A stretch of DNA of 64,000 bases, from NCBI GenBank assembly GCA_048326155.1, contig DBFEQD010000002.1:13080-77079 (forward strand), given 5' to 3'. The translations under genes were made by a program, and so were the position numbers. Below the pieces are notes generated by a model that was not told where the DNA came from, ran no database searches, and saw only the letters and a list, made by a program, of their open reading frames with translations. Of the stretch, positions 38,439 through 48,067 are shown one piece after another. The first letter of the stretch is position 1. Each line of letters begins with the position of its first letter. The DNA comes from Collinsella sp. (GTDB taxonomy: Bacteria; Actinomycetota; Coriobacteriia; Coriobacteriales; Coriobacteriaceae).

Positions 38439-39602
38439 ATGAACTCATTCACGTACGACTACCCGGTCAGGAACTACTTCGGCGAGGGGGCCATGGACCA
38501 GGCACTCGACGCCGAGATGGGTGCCATGGGCAAGACAGTGATGCTCGCCTACGGCGGAGGTTCGGTCAAGCGAACCGGCGTCTACGGCCACGTGGTCGAT
38601 AAGCTCACGAGCGCGGGCAAGCGCGTGGTGGACTTCGGCGGCATCATGCCCAACCCGACCTACGAGAAGTGCCAGGAGGGCGCCGCGCTCGCACGCGAGG
38701 AGCAGGTCGACTTCATTCTCGCCGTCGGCGGCGGGTCGGTCTTCGACTGCTGCAAGGTGGTCTCCGCGCAGGCGATGCTTGACGAGGACATCGAGACGTT
38801 CGAGCACGTCGATGGCAAGATGCCGAGCTCGTTCATCCCCATGGGCTGCATCGTGACGCTCTCCGGCACGGGCGCCGAGCAGAACAACGGCGCCGTCATC
38901 ACCAACGAGGAGACACACGTGAAGGGCGCCTATCTGGGGGCGATACCCATGTGGGCGGCGCTCGACCCGGCGCTCACGCTCACCGTACCGCACGCGCAGT
39001 TCATGAGCTGCGCGTTCGACACGCTCTCGCACTGCATGGAAAGCTATTTCGGAAGCCCGCGCGGGCGCAATGTCACCGACGACATCAACCTCGCCATCCA
39101 GCGTAACGTCATCCGCAACATGCGCGTCATCGCGGACGACGACCAGGACCTCGATGCCCGAAGCGAGCTCGTATACGACTCCGCCATGGCCGAGAACGGC
39201 GTGCTCAAGATCGGCAAGTCAACGGACTTCCAGGCGCACATGATCCAGCACCAGTACGGCGCGTACACCCACACCAACCACGGAATGGGCCTCGCGGTCA
39301 TCCACCCTGCGCTCTACCGCCACCTGGCCCCCGAGGCGCCCACGCAGTTCGCCCGCTGGGCGCGCGAGGTGTGGGGCGTCGACGCCAAGGGCAAAGACGA
39401 CCTTACGGTGGCGCTGGAGGGCATCGACCGCCTGCAGACGTTCATCGGCGAGATGGGGCTTCCCACGAGCTTCGCCGAGATGGGCTCCGACGCGTCCGAC
39501 GAGACGCTGCACAAGGTTGCGGACACCTGCGTGCTCACCGGCGGCTGCGCCAAGAAACTGGAGCGCAGCGAGGTGTTCCAGATTCTGACCGAGTGCCTCT
39601 AA
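38439..39602 (+). CDS. Iron-containing alcohol dehydrogenase (butanol dehydrogenase-like)
   Basis: YGGGS, AVGGGSVFD, DTLSH, HMIQH, HGMGL. Confidence 0.9.
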   Translation: MNSFTYDYPVRNYFGEGAMDQALDAEMGAMGKTVMLAYGGGSVKRTGVYGHVVDKLTSAGKRVVDFGGIMPNPTYEKCQEGAALAREEQVDFILAVGGGSVFDCCKVVSAQAMLDEDIETFEHVDGKMPSSFIPMGCIVTLSGTGAEQNNGAVITNEETHVKGAYLGAIPMWAALDPALTLTVPHAQFMSCAFDTLSHCMESYFGSPRGRNVTDDINLAIQRNVIRNMRVIADDDQDLDARSELVYDSAMAENGVLKIGKSTDFQAHMIQHQYGAYTHTNHGMGLAVIHPALYRHLAPEAPTQFARWAREVWGVDAKGKDDLTVALEGIDRLQTFIGEMGLPTSFAEMGSDASDETLHKVADTCVLTGGCAKKLERSEVFQILTECL

Positions 39603-39619
39603 ATCGGCGGTGGGTGATC

Positions 39620-40196
39620 CGCCCGCGCCGAAGGAAACCGTACGACTCCGAGATGTCATCGTAATCGTAGGACCCGGCGAGCCCGCCGCGCCTGATGAAT
39701 CCGTCGAAGTCGTCGTCGACGGCCCCCTGCTCGTCAAAGTAGAAGCGGTATTCGCAGAAGCTGAAGGGGAGGATGTGTACCTCCCCGTGGCGCCCTGTGA
39801 ACAGGGTCGCCAGGTCCGAACTCAGGAGGAACGCGTTCGATCCCGTGAGGTAGATATCCCATCCGCCACGCGCGTGAATGCTGTTAATTGCTTTCTCGAA
39901 ACCCTCGCACAGCTGCACCTCGTCGATGAAGAGACGGTTGCGGGCGCCCTCTTTGTGCCGCTCTATGATTTCGCGATGCAGCGCTGGTACTCGAGCAGTA
40001 GCTCGTTGTCGAGGTCCAGCAGATCGATGTAGACGTTGTTGGAGGATGGGTCCCTCCGAGCAACGGAGGCGGAGAACGCCTTCATGAGCTCGGACTTGCC
40101 GGAGCGGCGCATCCCCGTGATCACCTTGATGTCCCAGGTGCCCTCGAGCGCCCAAAGCCGCTCCATGTACGTATTGCGGTCGACCCAATCAATCAT
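39620..40196 (-). pseudogene. Frameshifted, 3'-truncated AAA_14-type ATP-binding protein
   Basis: GMRRSGKS in one frame; FIDEVQ, TGSNAFLLSSDLATLFTGR and PFSFCEY in another (shift near 39985); ends about 20 bp from the ADH stop. Confidence 0.8.
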
Positions 40197-40276
40197 CAGC
40201 TCTTTCTCGGTTTCAAAACCGATAAGGAAATATGCGCAAGGGCGCGTCGGGGGGTAAGCCCCAGCCATGTCATGTC

Positions 40277-40489
40277 GGCAGAAGCCCTCGACCGGCGGCA
40301 CGACGAAGTCGAAATAGCCCTCGATTTCCCGCGGGCCCTCTTCGAAATCTTGATGGTATATGCGACGCCGTAGAGCATCGGCAACGCGTTCTGCTATGCG
40401 CCGCCTTCGGCATTGGAATCGCCCTTGCCCCGCACAGCAACGTAGCTCATAGACGGAACGATCAGGATGCTCGGCTTGTCAGGCGGTTT
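40277..40489 (-). pseudogene. GyrI-like small-molecule-binding protein remnant
   Basis: KPPDKPSILIVPSMSYVAVRGKGDSNAEGGA*QNALPMLYGVAYTIKIS, then frameshift to EIEGYFDFVVPPVEGF; in-frame stop at 40394-40396. Confidence 0.7.
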
Positions 40490-40653
40490 GCCCGTGATGT
40501 TGTAGCGCACCGTAGACGCTGATGGAGACGGCTGCGCGCGGGCATGGGCGCGCCACCGCACTTCACAGCTTGTTTCTCAAGTATTTGGGACGCACACGCG
40601 GCGTTCAAAAATGCGGAGCGACTCCGCATGGCTCGAGACTGAGCCGAGGTGCC

Positions 40654-41103
40654 CTACTTCTCGCCCTCCAGCAGCCCCACGATGCGGTCGATGTCGACGG
40701 CAAAGCGAGGCCTTCCCTCGCGCTCGTAGCGGTCGAGGTATGCCTGGCACTCGGAGACAATGCGCTTGGTGTTGCCATCGATGATGCGCTGGAGCGTCTC
40801 GTAGTAGGCCGAGCCCTCGGTCCTGAAGCGGCGCTGGTAGGCCTTGGTTATGGGGAACATCTTGATGTAGTGGATGCCGTGGCGGCAGCCGGGGCGCGTC
40901 GTGGGGCGGGGTGGCAACGCAAAGTACTGGTCTTTGGGCACGTTAGGGGCGATGTTGGAACGCAGCGGCACGGCGAAGTCCCTGCGCTTTCCGCGGAAAC
41001 GCAGCCTCACCACCACGATGCAGGGGCGATTGTGCTTAAGCATGAGCTCGCGGTCGCCCTCGACGAGGTCGAAGAAGTCCTGGGAGATGGATACGATTTT
41101 CAT
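40654..41103 (-). CDS. Type III toxin-antitoxin toxin (TenpN/ToxN-like endoribonuclease)
   Basis: 149 aa; ELMLKHNRPCIVVV...FAVPLRSNI...GIHYIKMFPI resembles the ToxN/TenpN pattern (RP-hydrophobic strand, FAxPxRS, G-h-x-aromatic-x-K-M-x-P). Confidence 0.65.
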   Translation of the reverse strand: MKIVSISQDFFDLVEGDRELMLKHNRPCIVVVRLRFRGKRRDFAVPLRSNIAPNVPKDQYFALPPRPTTRPGCRHGIHYIKMFPITKAYQRRFRTEGSAYYETLQRIIDGNTKRIVSECQAYLDRYEREGRPRFAVDIDRIVGLLEGEK

Positions 41104-41124
41104 CGGTTACGCCCCCTTCATACG

Positions 41125-41247
41125 AAGCGGGGCCCGCATCGCTGCAGGCCCCTACAGGTGGGCGATATTCTACGCCTTGCGGCACCCCGTCGCCCACGGA
41201 GGTTAAACGTACACGTAAGCCGTACTCTGAAAGCCGCGGCTTCCGGC
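41125..41247 (-). ncRNA. Candidate type III antitoxin RNA (pseudoknot plus terminator-like hairpin)
   Basis: Promoter TTGAAA(41279-74)-16 bp-TAAACT(41257-52); 5' hairpin, H-type pseudoknot and GNRA hairpins ahead of the toxin RBS. Confidence 0.55.
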
Positions 41248-41559
41248 AAGTAGTTTATACCACGAAAGGTCGCTTTCAATGCGCCTAGCTCGCAAAATAA
41301 CACTCGCTGGGCCGTCACCCCTGATCTTCTCGACCGTCTCCTCCGGGCACTTATTGCGTGCCACGGGCACCTCCGTCCTTATTATCACGATAGAAATACC
41401 ATGAGCGGCGTACGGTTCGAGAAGGGCTGGCGCCAAAAGAGCCCAACGGCCGTTACAGCTTCGTTAGAAACGCGCCCCACCATGGATGGTGAACCCGAAA
41501 GGTAAGGCACGCGGGCACGGCGACTCGGCCCGCGCGCCCGGAAGAGAAAGGACGAACCC

Positions 41560-42284
<725 letters not shown>

Positions 42285-42288
<4 letters not shown>

Positions 42289-43055
42289 CGGGCAAGAAAG
42301 GCGGCCTGCTCGCGGGCCTGCGCGCCGAGGCCCTGAAGTCGCGCCACGCGGCACCGGTTCGCCTGGCCGTGCTCATGGCGCTGCCGATGCCGCTGCTCGG
42401 CGCGATGCCCTACCGGGGCGTGCAGATCTTCAGCGCGTGGAACTACTGGTACGCGCTCTTCCTGCCCGTGGCTCTCTCGCTCGTGGTGGCGTGCGTCGCG
42501 CGGGCGGACGCGCGCACGCGGATGCGGGGGCTTCTGGGCCTGGGCTTCCCGCTTAGGCGCGCCTGGTGGGCCAAGGCGCTCTGGTGCCTCGCGCTTTGCA
42601 CGCTCTCGAACCTCGTGGTCTTCGGCATCTACCTCGCGGGCTCGGCGTTCTCCTCGCAGGGCCTCACGGCCGCGGGCACGCTCACGATGCTCCTCTGCGC
42701 GCTCGCCAACACGGTGACCGCGGCGTGGATGATCCCCGCAGGGCTCTTCCTCACGGCGCGGCTCGGCATGCTCGCAGGCATCTTCTGCCCGCTCGCCACG
42801 CAGCTCGTGGGTGGGTTCGCCTGGTCGCTGATGCCGCTGCCGCAGCTCTTTCCGCCGTCGGCGAGCATGGTCATCCCTACGAGCTTCATCCCCGTGCTGC
42901 CGAGCGGCGAGCCACTCGCGGCGGACATGGCGCTCGGCGGGGCGCTCGCGGCGGACGGCATGCTCACACTGGCGGGCCTTGCGGTCTGTGTGCTCGCGTT
43001 CGCCGCGCTCACGGCGGCGGGCGCGGCCTGGTTCGCACGCTCCGAGGAGAGGTGA
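42285..43055 (+). CDS. Lantibiotic immunity ABC permease (LanE/MutE-like)
   Basis: AEALKSRH, NYWYALFLP, six hydrophobic segments, WFARSE end. Confidence 0.8.
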
Positions 43056-43870
43056 TGGCCATGACACGACTCCCCGACCCGACGCCGCGCATGACTCTCC
43101 CGCGGGCCCTGCTCTCCGAGGCCCTGCGCCTGGCGCGCTCCCCGCTCACGGCGGTGCACCTCGTCTGCGGTCTGGCAGCCGGTCTTGCCTGCGGCGATTA
43201 CTTCTCTGTAACCCGATGGGACCCGGCGCTGGGCGCGGACGCCTACGCCCAGTTCCTCGGCGCCCTCATGCCGCTCATGTCCGCCATCGTCTGCGGGCTC
43301 GCCGTGGACGAGGAGCGCGCTGCCGGGCGCCTCGCCAACCTCACGGCGGTCCCCTCGCGCGGGCGCGCCGTCGCGGCGAAGCTACTCGCCCTTGCGGCGC
43401 TCGGCGCCGTCGCGCTGGCCGTGGCGCTCGGCGTGTTCGGGGCCGTGCTCGCCGTTGCCGGGCGCCTGCCGCTCGGGCCCGCTCCGCTTGCGGCCGCGTG
43501 GGCTGGCATCGTGCTGGGCAGCCTGCCCCTCTACGCGCTGGGGCTCGGCGTGGCCCTGCGCCTCGGCCGAAACGTCGCCATCGGCGCCGGCGCTGCGGGT
43601 ATGCTCCTCGCGTTCTTCTCAGTGGGCGGACTTGCGCACGGCCTCATGACCGGCGAGCTCACCGGTGCCCTGGCGACGCCCCTGAGCTGGGTGCCGCTCG
43701 CCTGGCCCGCGCGCCTGGGGTCGCTCGGGGTTGAGGCCTTCATCGACGCCGCACGCGCGGCGGGCCCTCTCCTCACGACTGCGCTCGCTGGCCTCGTGCT
43801 CGCCCTGGCAGCCGCCGCCGTCCTTCTGGCCTGGTTCTGCCGCTTCGAGGACGGGAGGGCAGATGAGTAG
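43055..43870 (+). CDS. Lantibiotic immunity ABC permease (LanG/MutG-like)
   Basis: EERAAGRL, LMTGELTG, WVPLAWPARL, WFCRFE. Confidence 0.8.
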   Translation: MAMTRLPDPTPRMTLPRALLSEALRLARSPLTAVHLVCGLAAGLACGDYFSVTRWDPALGADAYAQFLGALMPLMSAIVCGLAVDEERAAGRLANLTAVPSRGRAVAAKLLALAALGAVALAVALGVFGAVLAVAGRLPLGPAPLAAAWAGIVLGSLPLYALGLGVALRLGRNVAIGAGAAGMLLAFFSVGGLAHGLMTGELTGALATPLSWVPLAWPARLGSLGVEAFIDAARAAGPLLTTALAGLVLALAAAAVLLAWFCRFEDGRADE

Positions 43871-44051
43871 GAAGCCGCTCGCCGCCGTGCTCGCCCTCCT
43901 CTCCGCAGCGTTCGTCCTGGGCGGGAATGCCCTGCTCGACACCGGCTGGGGGTCGGTGCTGCGCTCGATCGCCGACCGCATGCTGCCCAACCCTGAGATC
44001 GCCATGTGGGCGCCCGCGCCCGCGGCTGCGCGCGGGGCTCTAGACCGCTGA
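43863..44051 (+). CDS. Small membrane-anchored protein, possibly a truncated immunity-protein remnant
   Basis: MSRKPLAAVLALLSAAFVLGG..., 62 aa, overlapping the LanG-like stop; GGAGG RBS. Confidence 0.45.
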   Translation: MSRKPLAAVLALLSAAFVLGGNALLDTGWGSVLRSIADRMLPNPEIAMWAPAPAAARGALDR

Positions 44052-44095
44052 GCGCGGCGCAAGTACAATGCAACGGGAGTTTCAGGAGGTCGAAT

Positions 44096-44758
44096 ATGGC
44101 GAGGATACTGGCAGTGGATGATGAGCGGGCGATCCTCGACGCGCTCGCGCGCGTCCTCGGCCGCGACGGCCATGAGGTCGTCAAGGCAGCGGACCCGACG
44201 GCGGTCCCGGGGATGGACCTTTCGCGCTTCGACCTCGTGCTCTGCGACGTCATGATGCCGGGGCTCGACGGCTTCGAGCTCGTGCGGCAGATCCGCCCGG
44301 ACTTCGACGGGCCCATCATCTTCCTGACCGCGCGCGTGGCCGAGGAGGACGCCGTGGCCGGCTACGGCCTGGGCGCCGACGACTACGTCCGCAAGCCCTT
44401 CGGGGCCGCGGAGCTGCGCGCCAAGGTCGCGGCCCATCTACGCCGTGAGCGCCGGCCGCGCTCGCACGCCCTCTCCTTCGGGGAGGTGCGGATCGACCTC
44501 GGGGGGCGCGGCCTCGCCGTGGGTGGCGAGGCCGTGCCGCTCACGCCCACCGAGTACGCCATCTGCGAGTACCTCGCCCGCCACCCCGGGCAGGTCATGA
44601 GCCGCGCGCAGATCCGCGAGGCGGTGCTCGGCTGGGAGAGCGACGCCGACGACGCGGCCATATCCATGCAGGTCAGCCGCGCCCGGAGGAAACTCTCCGA
44701 GGCCGGCGCCGATCCGATTGCGACCGTCTGGGGGATGGGGTACAAGTGGCAGCTCTGA
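44096..44758 (+). CDS. Response regulator (SpaR/NisR-like, OmpR family)
   Basis: ILAVDDE, CDVMMP, GADDYVRKPF, TVWGMGYKW. Confidence 0.92.
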   Translation: MARILAVDDERAILDALARVLGRDGHEVVKAADPTAVPGMDLSRFDLVLCDVMMPGLDGFELVRQIRPDFDGPIIFLTARVAEEDAVAGYGLGADDYVRKPFGAAELRAKVAAHLRRERRPRSHALSFGEVRIDLGGRGLAVGGEAVPLTPTEYAICEYLARHPGQVMSRAQIREAVLGWESDADDAAISMQVSRARRKLSEAGADPIATVWGMGYKWQL

Positions 44759-46182
44759 GGACCGGGGCGCGAGGTCGCGGGGGCATGCCGCTCTCCTTCG
44801 TCATCGCGCGCTACTTCGCCTACGCGTTCGCGGCGGTCGCTACGGCGTGGCTCGCCTCGTTCATGGCGCTCTCCGCGGCGATCAACGCGGGCTTCGTCTA
44901 CGAGGCAAGCTGGGGGCCGGCCAATACGCGCGAGGTCGCGGAGGGCCTGGCACGCGACGGCGTCTGCGGGCAGCAGGACGTGCCGACGGCGTACCGCTAC
45001 CTCATCCTGAACAAGGACGGACACGTGCTGATGACAGACCTCGAGGGCACGCGGCTCGAGGGCGCGACGGAAATGGCCCGTGCGGCACTCGCCGCGGATC
45101 CGGGCACAGTGGAGATCGAGGGCGGGGGCTCGGGCCTCACCTACGCCGCGTTCCCTCTCAAGGGCGGCGGGGCCTGCGCACTCGTCAGCGAGTACCTGCC
45201 GCAGTGGGTCTCGCGCGACCTCGCCGGCCTGCTTCCCAACCCGCAGAACCTCATGCTCGTCGGCGCCGCGGCGGGAAGCGCGCTCGCGCTCGCGCTCGTG
45301 GCGCGCCGCGCGAGCCGCGTGATCTCGCGCAAGATGGCGCCACTCGCGGAGGCGGCGGAGCGCGTCGGCGCGGGGGAGCTCGACTTCGCGGTCGGCAGCA
45401 CCAACGTGCGCGAGGCGAACGACGTCCTCGCCGCGATGGACGCCATGCGGGCCTCCCTCGCCGAGTCGCTCGAGGCCCGCTGGGCCGCGGAGCGGGGGCA
45501 GCGCGAGCAGGTGGCGTCGCTCGCCCACGACCTCAAGACGCCGCTCACCGTGCTGCGCGCCAACGCCGACTTCGTGGCGGAGGAGCTGGAAGACGAGAAA
45601 GACGCCGACCTCGCGGCCGCCGCGCGCGACATAGCCGGCAGTGTCGAAAGGCTCGACGGCTACGTGCGCCTGCTCATCGAGGCCTCGCGCGGGTCCGGCG
45701 GGGCGGAGAGGGCCCCCATGCGGCCGGCCGAGCTCTGCGAGCAGGTCCTCGCCGAGGCCGCCCAGATCGCCCGGGCGCGAGGCGTGACGCTCGACGCGGC
45801 CACGGGCCCTGCTGTCGCGGGCGCGCCCGAGGCCCCGCTCGACCGAACCGCCCTGGCGCGAGCCGCCGCGAACCTTGTGGTCAACGCCGCCGAGCACGCG
45901 CGCTCGCGCGTGGCGGTCTCCTGCGACGTCGAGGGCGGCCACCTCGTCATCGAGGTGTCCGACGACGGACCGGGCTTCTCTCCCGCCGCCCTCGAACGCG
46001 GCTGCGAGCGCCTCTTCACAGACGACTCCTCCCGCTCCTCGCGCGACGGAGGCCGCCACTACGGGCTCGGCCTCCACGCCGCCTCCGAGGCCGCGAGCGC
46101 CCACGGGGGCTCCGTCTCGCTCGCCAACAGCCCCTCGGGCGGCGCGGTGGCCACCATCGCGGTCCCCCTGTGCGGGGCCTGA
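44746..46182 (+). CDS. Sensor histidine kinase (SpaK/NisK-like)
   Basis: LAHDLKTPL, NLVVNA, DDGPGFS, HYGLGL. Confidence 0.9.
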   Translation: MAALRTGARGRGGMPLSFVIARYFAYAFAAVATAWLASFMALSAAINAGFVYEASWGPANTREVAEGLARDGVCGQQDVPTAYRYLILNKDGHVLMTDLEGTRLEGATEMARAALAADPGTVEIEGGGSGLTYAAFPLKGGGACALVSEYLPQWVSRDLAGLLPNPQNLMLVGAAAGSALALALVARRASRVISRKMAPLAEAAERVGAGELDFAVGSTNVREANDVLAAMDAMRASLAESLEARWAAERGQREQVASLAHDLKTPLTVLRANADFVAEELEDEKDADLAAAARDIAGSVERLDGYVRLLIEASRGSGGAERAPMRPAELCEQVLAEAAQIARARGVTLDAATGPAVAGAPEAPLDRTALARAAANLVVNAAEHARSRVAVSCDVEGGHLVIEVSDDGPGFSPAALERGCERLFTDDSSRSSRDGGRHYGLGLHAASEAASAHGGSVSLANSPSGGAVATIAVPLCGA

Positions 46183-46282
46183 CGACTCAGGCCCCGCACA
46201 CCGGCGTGGCTCGCAATCAAACGCTTCCATCTTGAAATACGGGGAGTAAATAGCGAAATCGCAGGTGAAGGGGAGTAAAACG

Positions 46283-46322
46283 ACAAAGAAAAAGCCTCCG
46301 TTCCAACATGGGAACGGAGGCT
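46283..46322 (-). terminator. Intrinsic terminator
   Basis: AGCCTCCGTTCC-CATGTT-GGAACGGAGGCT followed by TTTTCTTT on the minus strand. Confidence 0.8.
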
Positions 46323-46906
46323 CGATAATCGAGTTTACTCACCAATGTCGCTGGTGGCTTTGCCGTAACTCTCGTACGAAACGAAACTCAGGAGCACAGT
46401 GCGGCACTCAAAAGTGCAGGTCAGAACCCTGTCAGCCTACTCCCACTCGATGGCGTCGGTTCTGCCGTCCCGTCACTCCAGTTATACCCAGTTTTCGGCA
46501 TCGACACGGAACGCGTGCCGCCGAATGACGCGATGTCGCGTTTCGTCGGCTTCGGGGACAAAAGCTGGGACAACCTCAAAAACTTTTTTCAAACTCAGGG
46601 CTTTGAGTTTTTGTTTTTGTCCCAAAGTGCGCGGCGGGTCGCCTTTGGAGGCTCGATGGCGCCGAAAACGCCCGTTTTGAAACTCAACCGCCCTTTTGCC
46701 CGCAAGCCGCCAGCTGCAATCGCAAGTGAATTAACGCGGGTGGCTTGCGCGCCATTTGCAAAACCCCAGGTCGCAGGTCTTCGCCATTCGTGAACAAAGT
46801 GAGTAGTCTCAGGTGGCTTGCTTATGAGTTGGCGAACGGGCCTTCAGGATTCAGGGCAAACATGCTGGTAGAATAGGATTCTCAAATCAATGACAGGAGA
46901 CCGAGC

Positions 46907-47869
46907 ATGGCCGAACCCCACGATAGGAAGCCGATCCTCACGATCGAGCAGCAGATAGAGCACCTCAAGCAGAAGGGCGTAGCCTTCGAACTGTGTTCCG
47001 AGGAAGAGGCCGCGGACTACCTGCGCGACAAGTGCAACTTCTTCAAGCTCGCATCCTACCGCAAACTCTTCTCGAAATACGAGGGAGGCCCGCGCGACGG
47101 CCGCTACGTAGACCTCGACTTCGGCCAGCTGCGCCTGCTCGCGGCGCTCGACCAGGAGCTGCGCCACGCCCTGCTCGGCATGACGCTCGACATCGAGCAT
47201 TTCCAGAAGGTGACACTGCTTCGCGAGATGGAGGACCGTGGAGAGGACGGCTACGCCATCGTGGCCGACTACATGGCATCGCTTACCACTGCAAACAGGG
47301 AGTACCGCCTGCGCGAGCTCAAGATGAGCGGCCGCAGCCCCTACAGCTCGAGCCTCTACGCGAAGTACTCCGGCGACATGCCTGCCTGGGCCTTCCTTGA
47401 GCTCACCTCGTTCGGCACCCTCATCGACTTCGTGCGCTTCTGCGCCAGGCGATGGGGCGACAGGCGCCTCGAGGCCTCCCACTACGACCTCAAGCGCGTG
47501 AAGTCCGTCCGCAACTGCGCCGCGCACGGCTCGTGCCTGATCAACTGCTTCGCCGAGAGGGGCGCCGCCCGGGGCTCGGCGTCCAGCGGCGTCTCCCGAA
47601 GGGTCGCCGCCGTGGGGATTCCCAAGGCGACCAGGAGGAAGTGGATGGGGAATACGGCCATGCAGGAGGTCGCGACCGTGCTCGTGGCGCACTCCGGCTT
47701 GGTACCCGAGGGCTCCTCGCGCTCGCGCGCCGCATCCGAGCTCGCCGAGATGTTCGCCAGGGCCGACGGCGAAACCGAGGCGCTGCCCGACAAGGGGCCC
47801 GACGCCGCAGCTCGCTCCGCGCTCGAGTTCCTTCGCAGGTTGACAGAATCGCTCGGGTTGGTAGAATAG
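46907..47869 (+). CDS. Abi-family (Abi_2 / AbiD-AbiF) HEPN protein
   Basis: LTIEQQIEHLKQKGV, YFKL-like FFKLASY, LDQELR...DIEH, PAWAFLELTSFG, HEPN motif RNCAAH. Confidence 0.88.
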   Translation: MAEPHDRKPILTIEQQIEHLKQKGVAFELCSEEEAADYLRDKCNFFKLASYRKLFSKYEGGPRDGRYVDLDFGQLRLLAALDQELRHALLGMTLDIEHFQKVTLLREMEDRGEDGYAIVADYMASLTTANREYRLRELKMSGRSPYSSSLYAKYSGDMPAWAFLELTSFGTLIDFVRFCARRWGDRRLEASHYDLKRVKSVRNCAAHGSCLINCFAERGAARGSASSGVSRRVAAVGIPKATRRKWMGNTAMQEVATVLVAHSGLVPEGSSRSRAASELAEMFARADGETEALPDKGPDAAARSALEFLRRLTESLGLVE

Positions 47870-47873
47870 CCTG

Positions 47874-47935
47874 CAGATAGCAAAACCTTCACGGTTTTAG
47901 GGGCGGACTTGCGCAAGCGACTCTGCCCTATTTTT
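47874..47935 (+). ncRNA. Candidate Abi-associated small RNA, copy 1
   Basis: Promoter TTGACA(47840)-16 bp-TAGAAT(47862) inside the abi 3' end; hairpin AAAACC/GGTTTT, 12-bp GCAA hairpin, T-tract. Confidence 0.65.
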
Positions 47936-48007
47936 ATATTCACTCGCTATAGGAGACGGATGATACCTGGGTCAATGACAGAACTGAGAAGCCCGGAATA
48001 ATGGAGC

Positions 48008-48067
48008 CAGTTAGAAACCCTCGGGTTTGCGGGGCGGGATCGTGAGAGCGATTCTGCCCTATTTTTT
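48008..48067 (+). ncRNA. Candidate Abi-associated small RNA, copy 2
   Basis: ATGACA(47975)-16 bp-AATAAT(47997); hairpin AAACC/GGTTT, 12-bp GAGA hairpin, T-tract; homologous to copy 1. Confidence 0.6.

Noticed and set aside
46330..46430. Known riboswitch or ribozyme (c-di-GMP, ykkC, hammerhead)
   Set aside because: Only short motif resemblances; the conserved cores are not present in the right order.
47960..48001. 13-aa ORF MIPGSMTELRSPE between the two candidate RNAs
   Set aside because: Too short, RBS spacing only 4 nt, and it overlaps the predicted second promoter; cannot be supported without ribosome profiling.
47840..48067. CRISPR array
   Set aside because: Only two diverged units, each with its own promoter and terminator; no identical repeats with unique spacers and no cas genes in the window.
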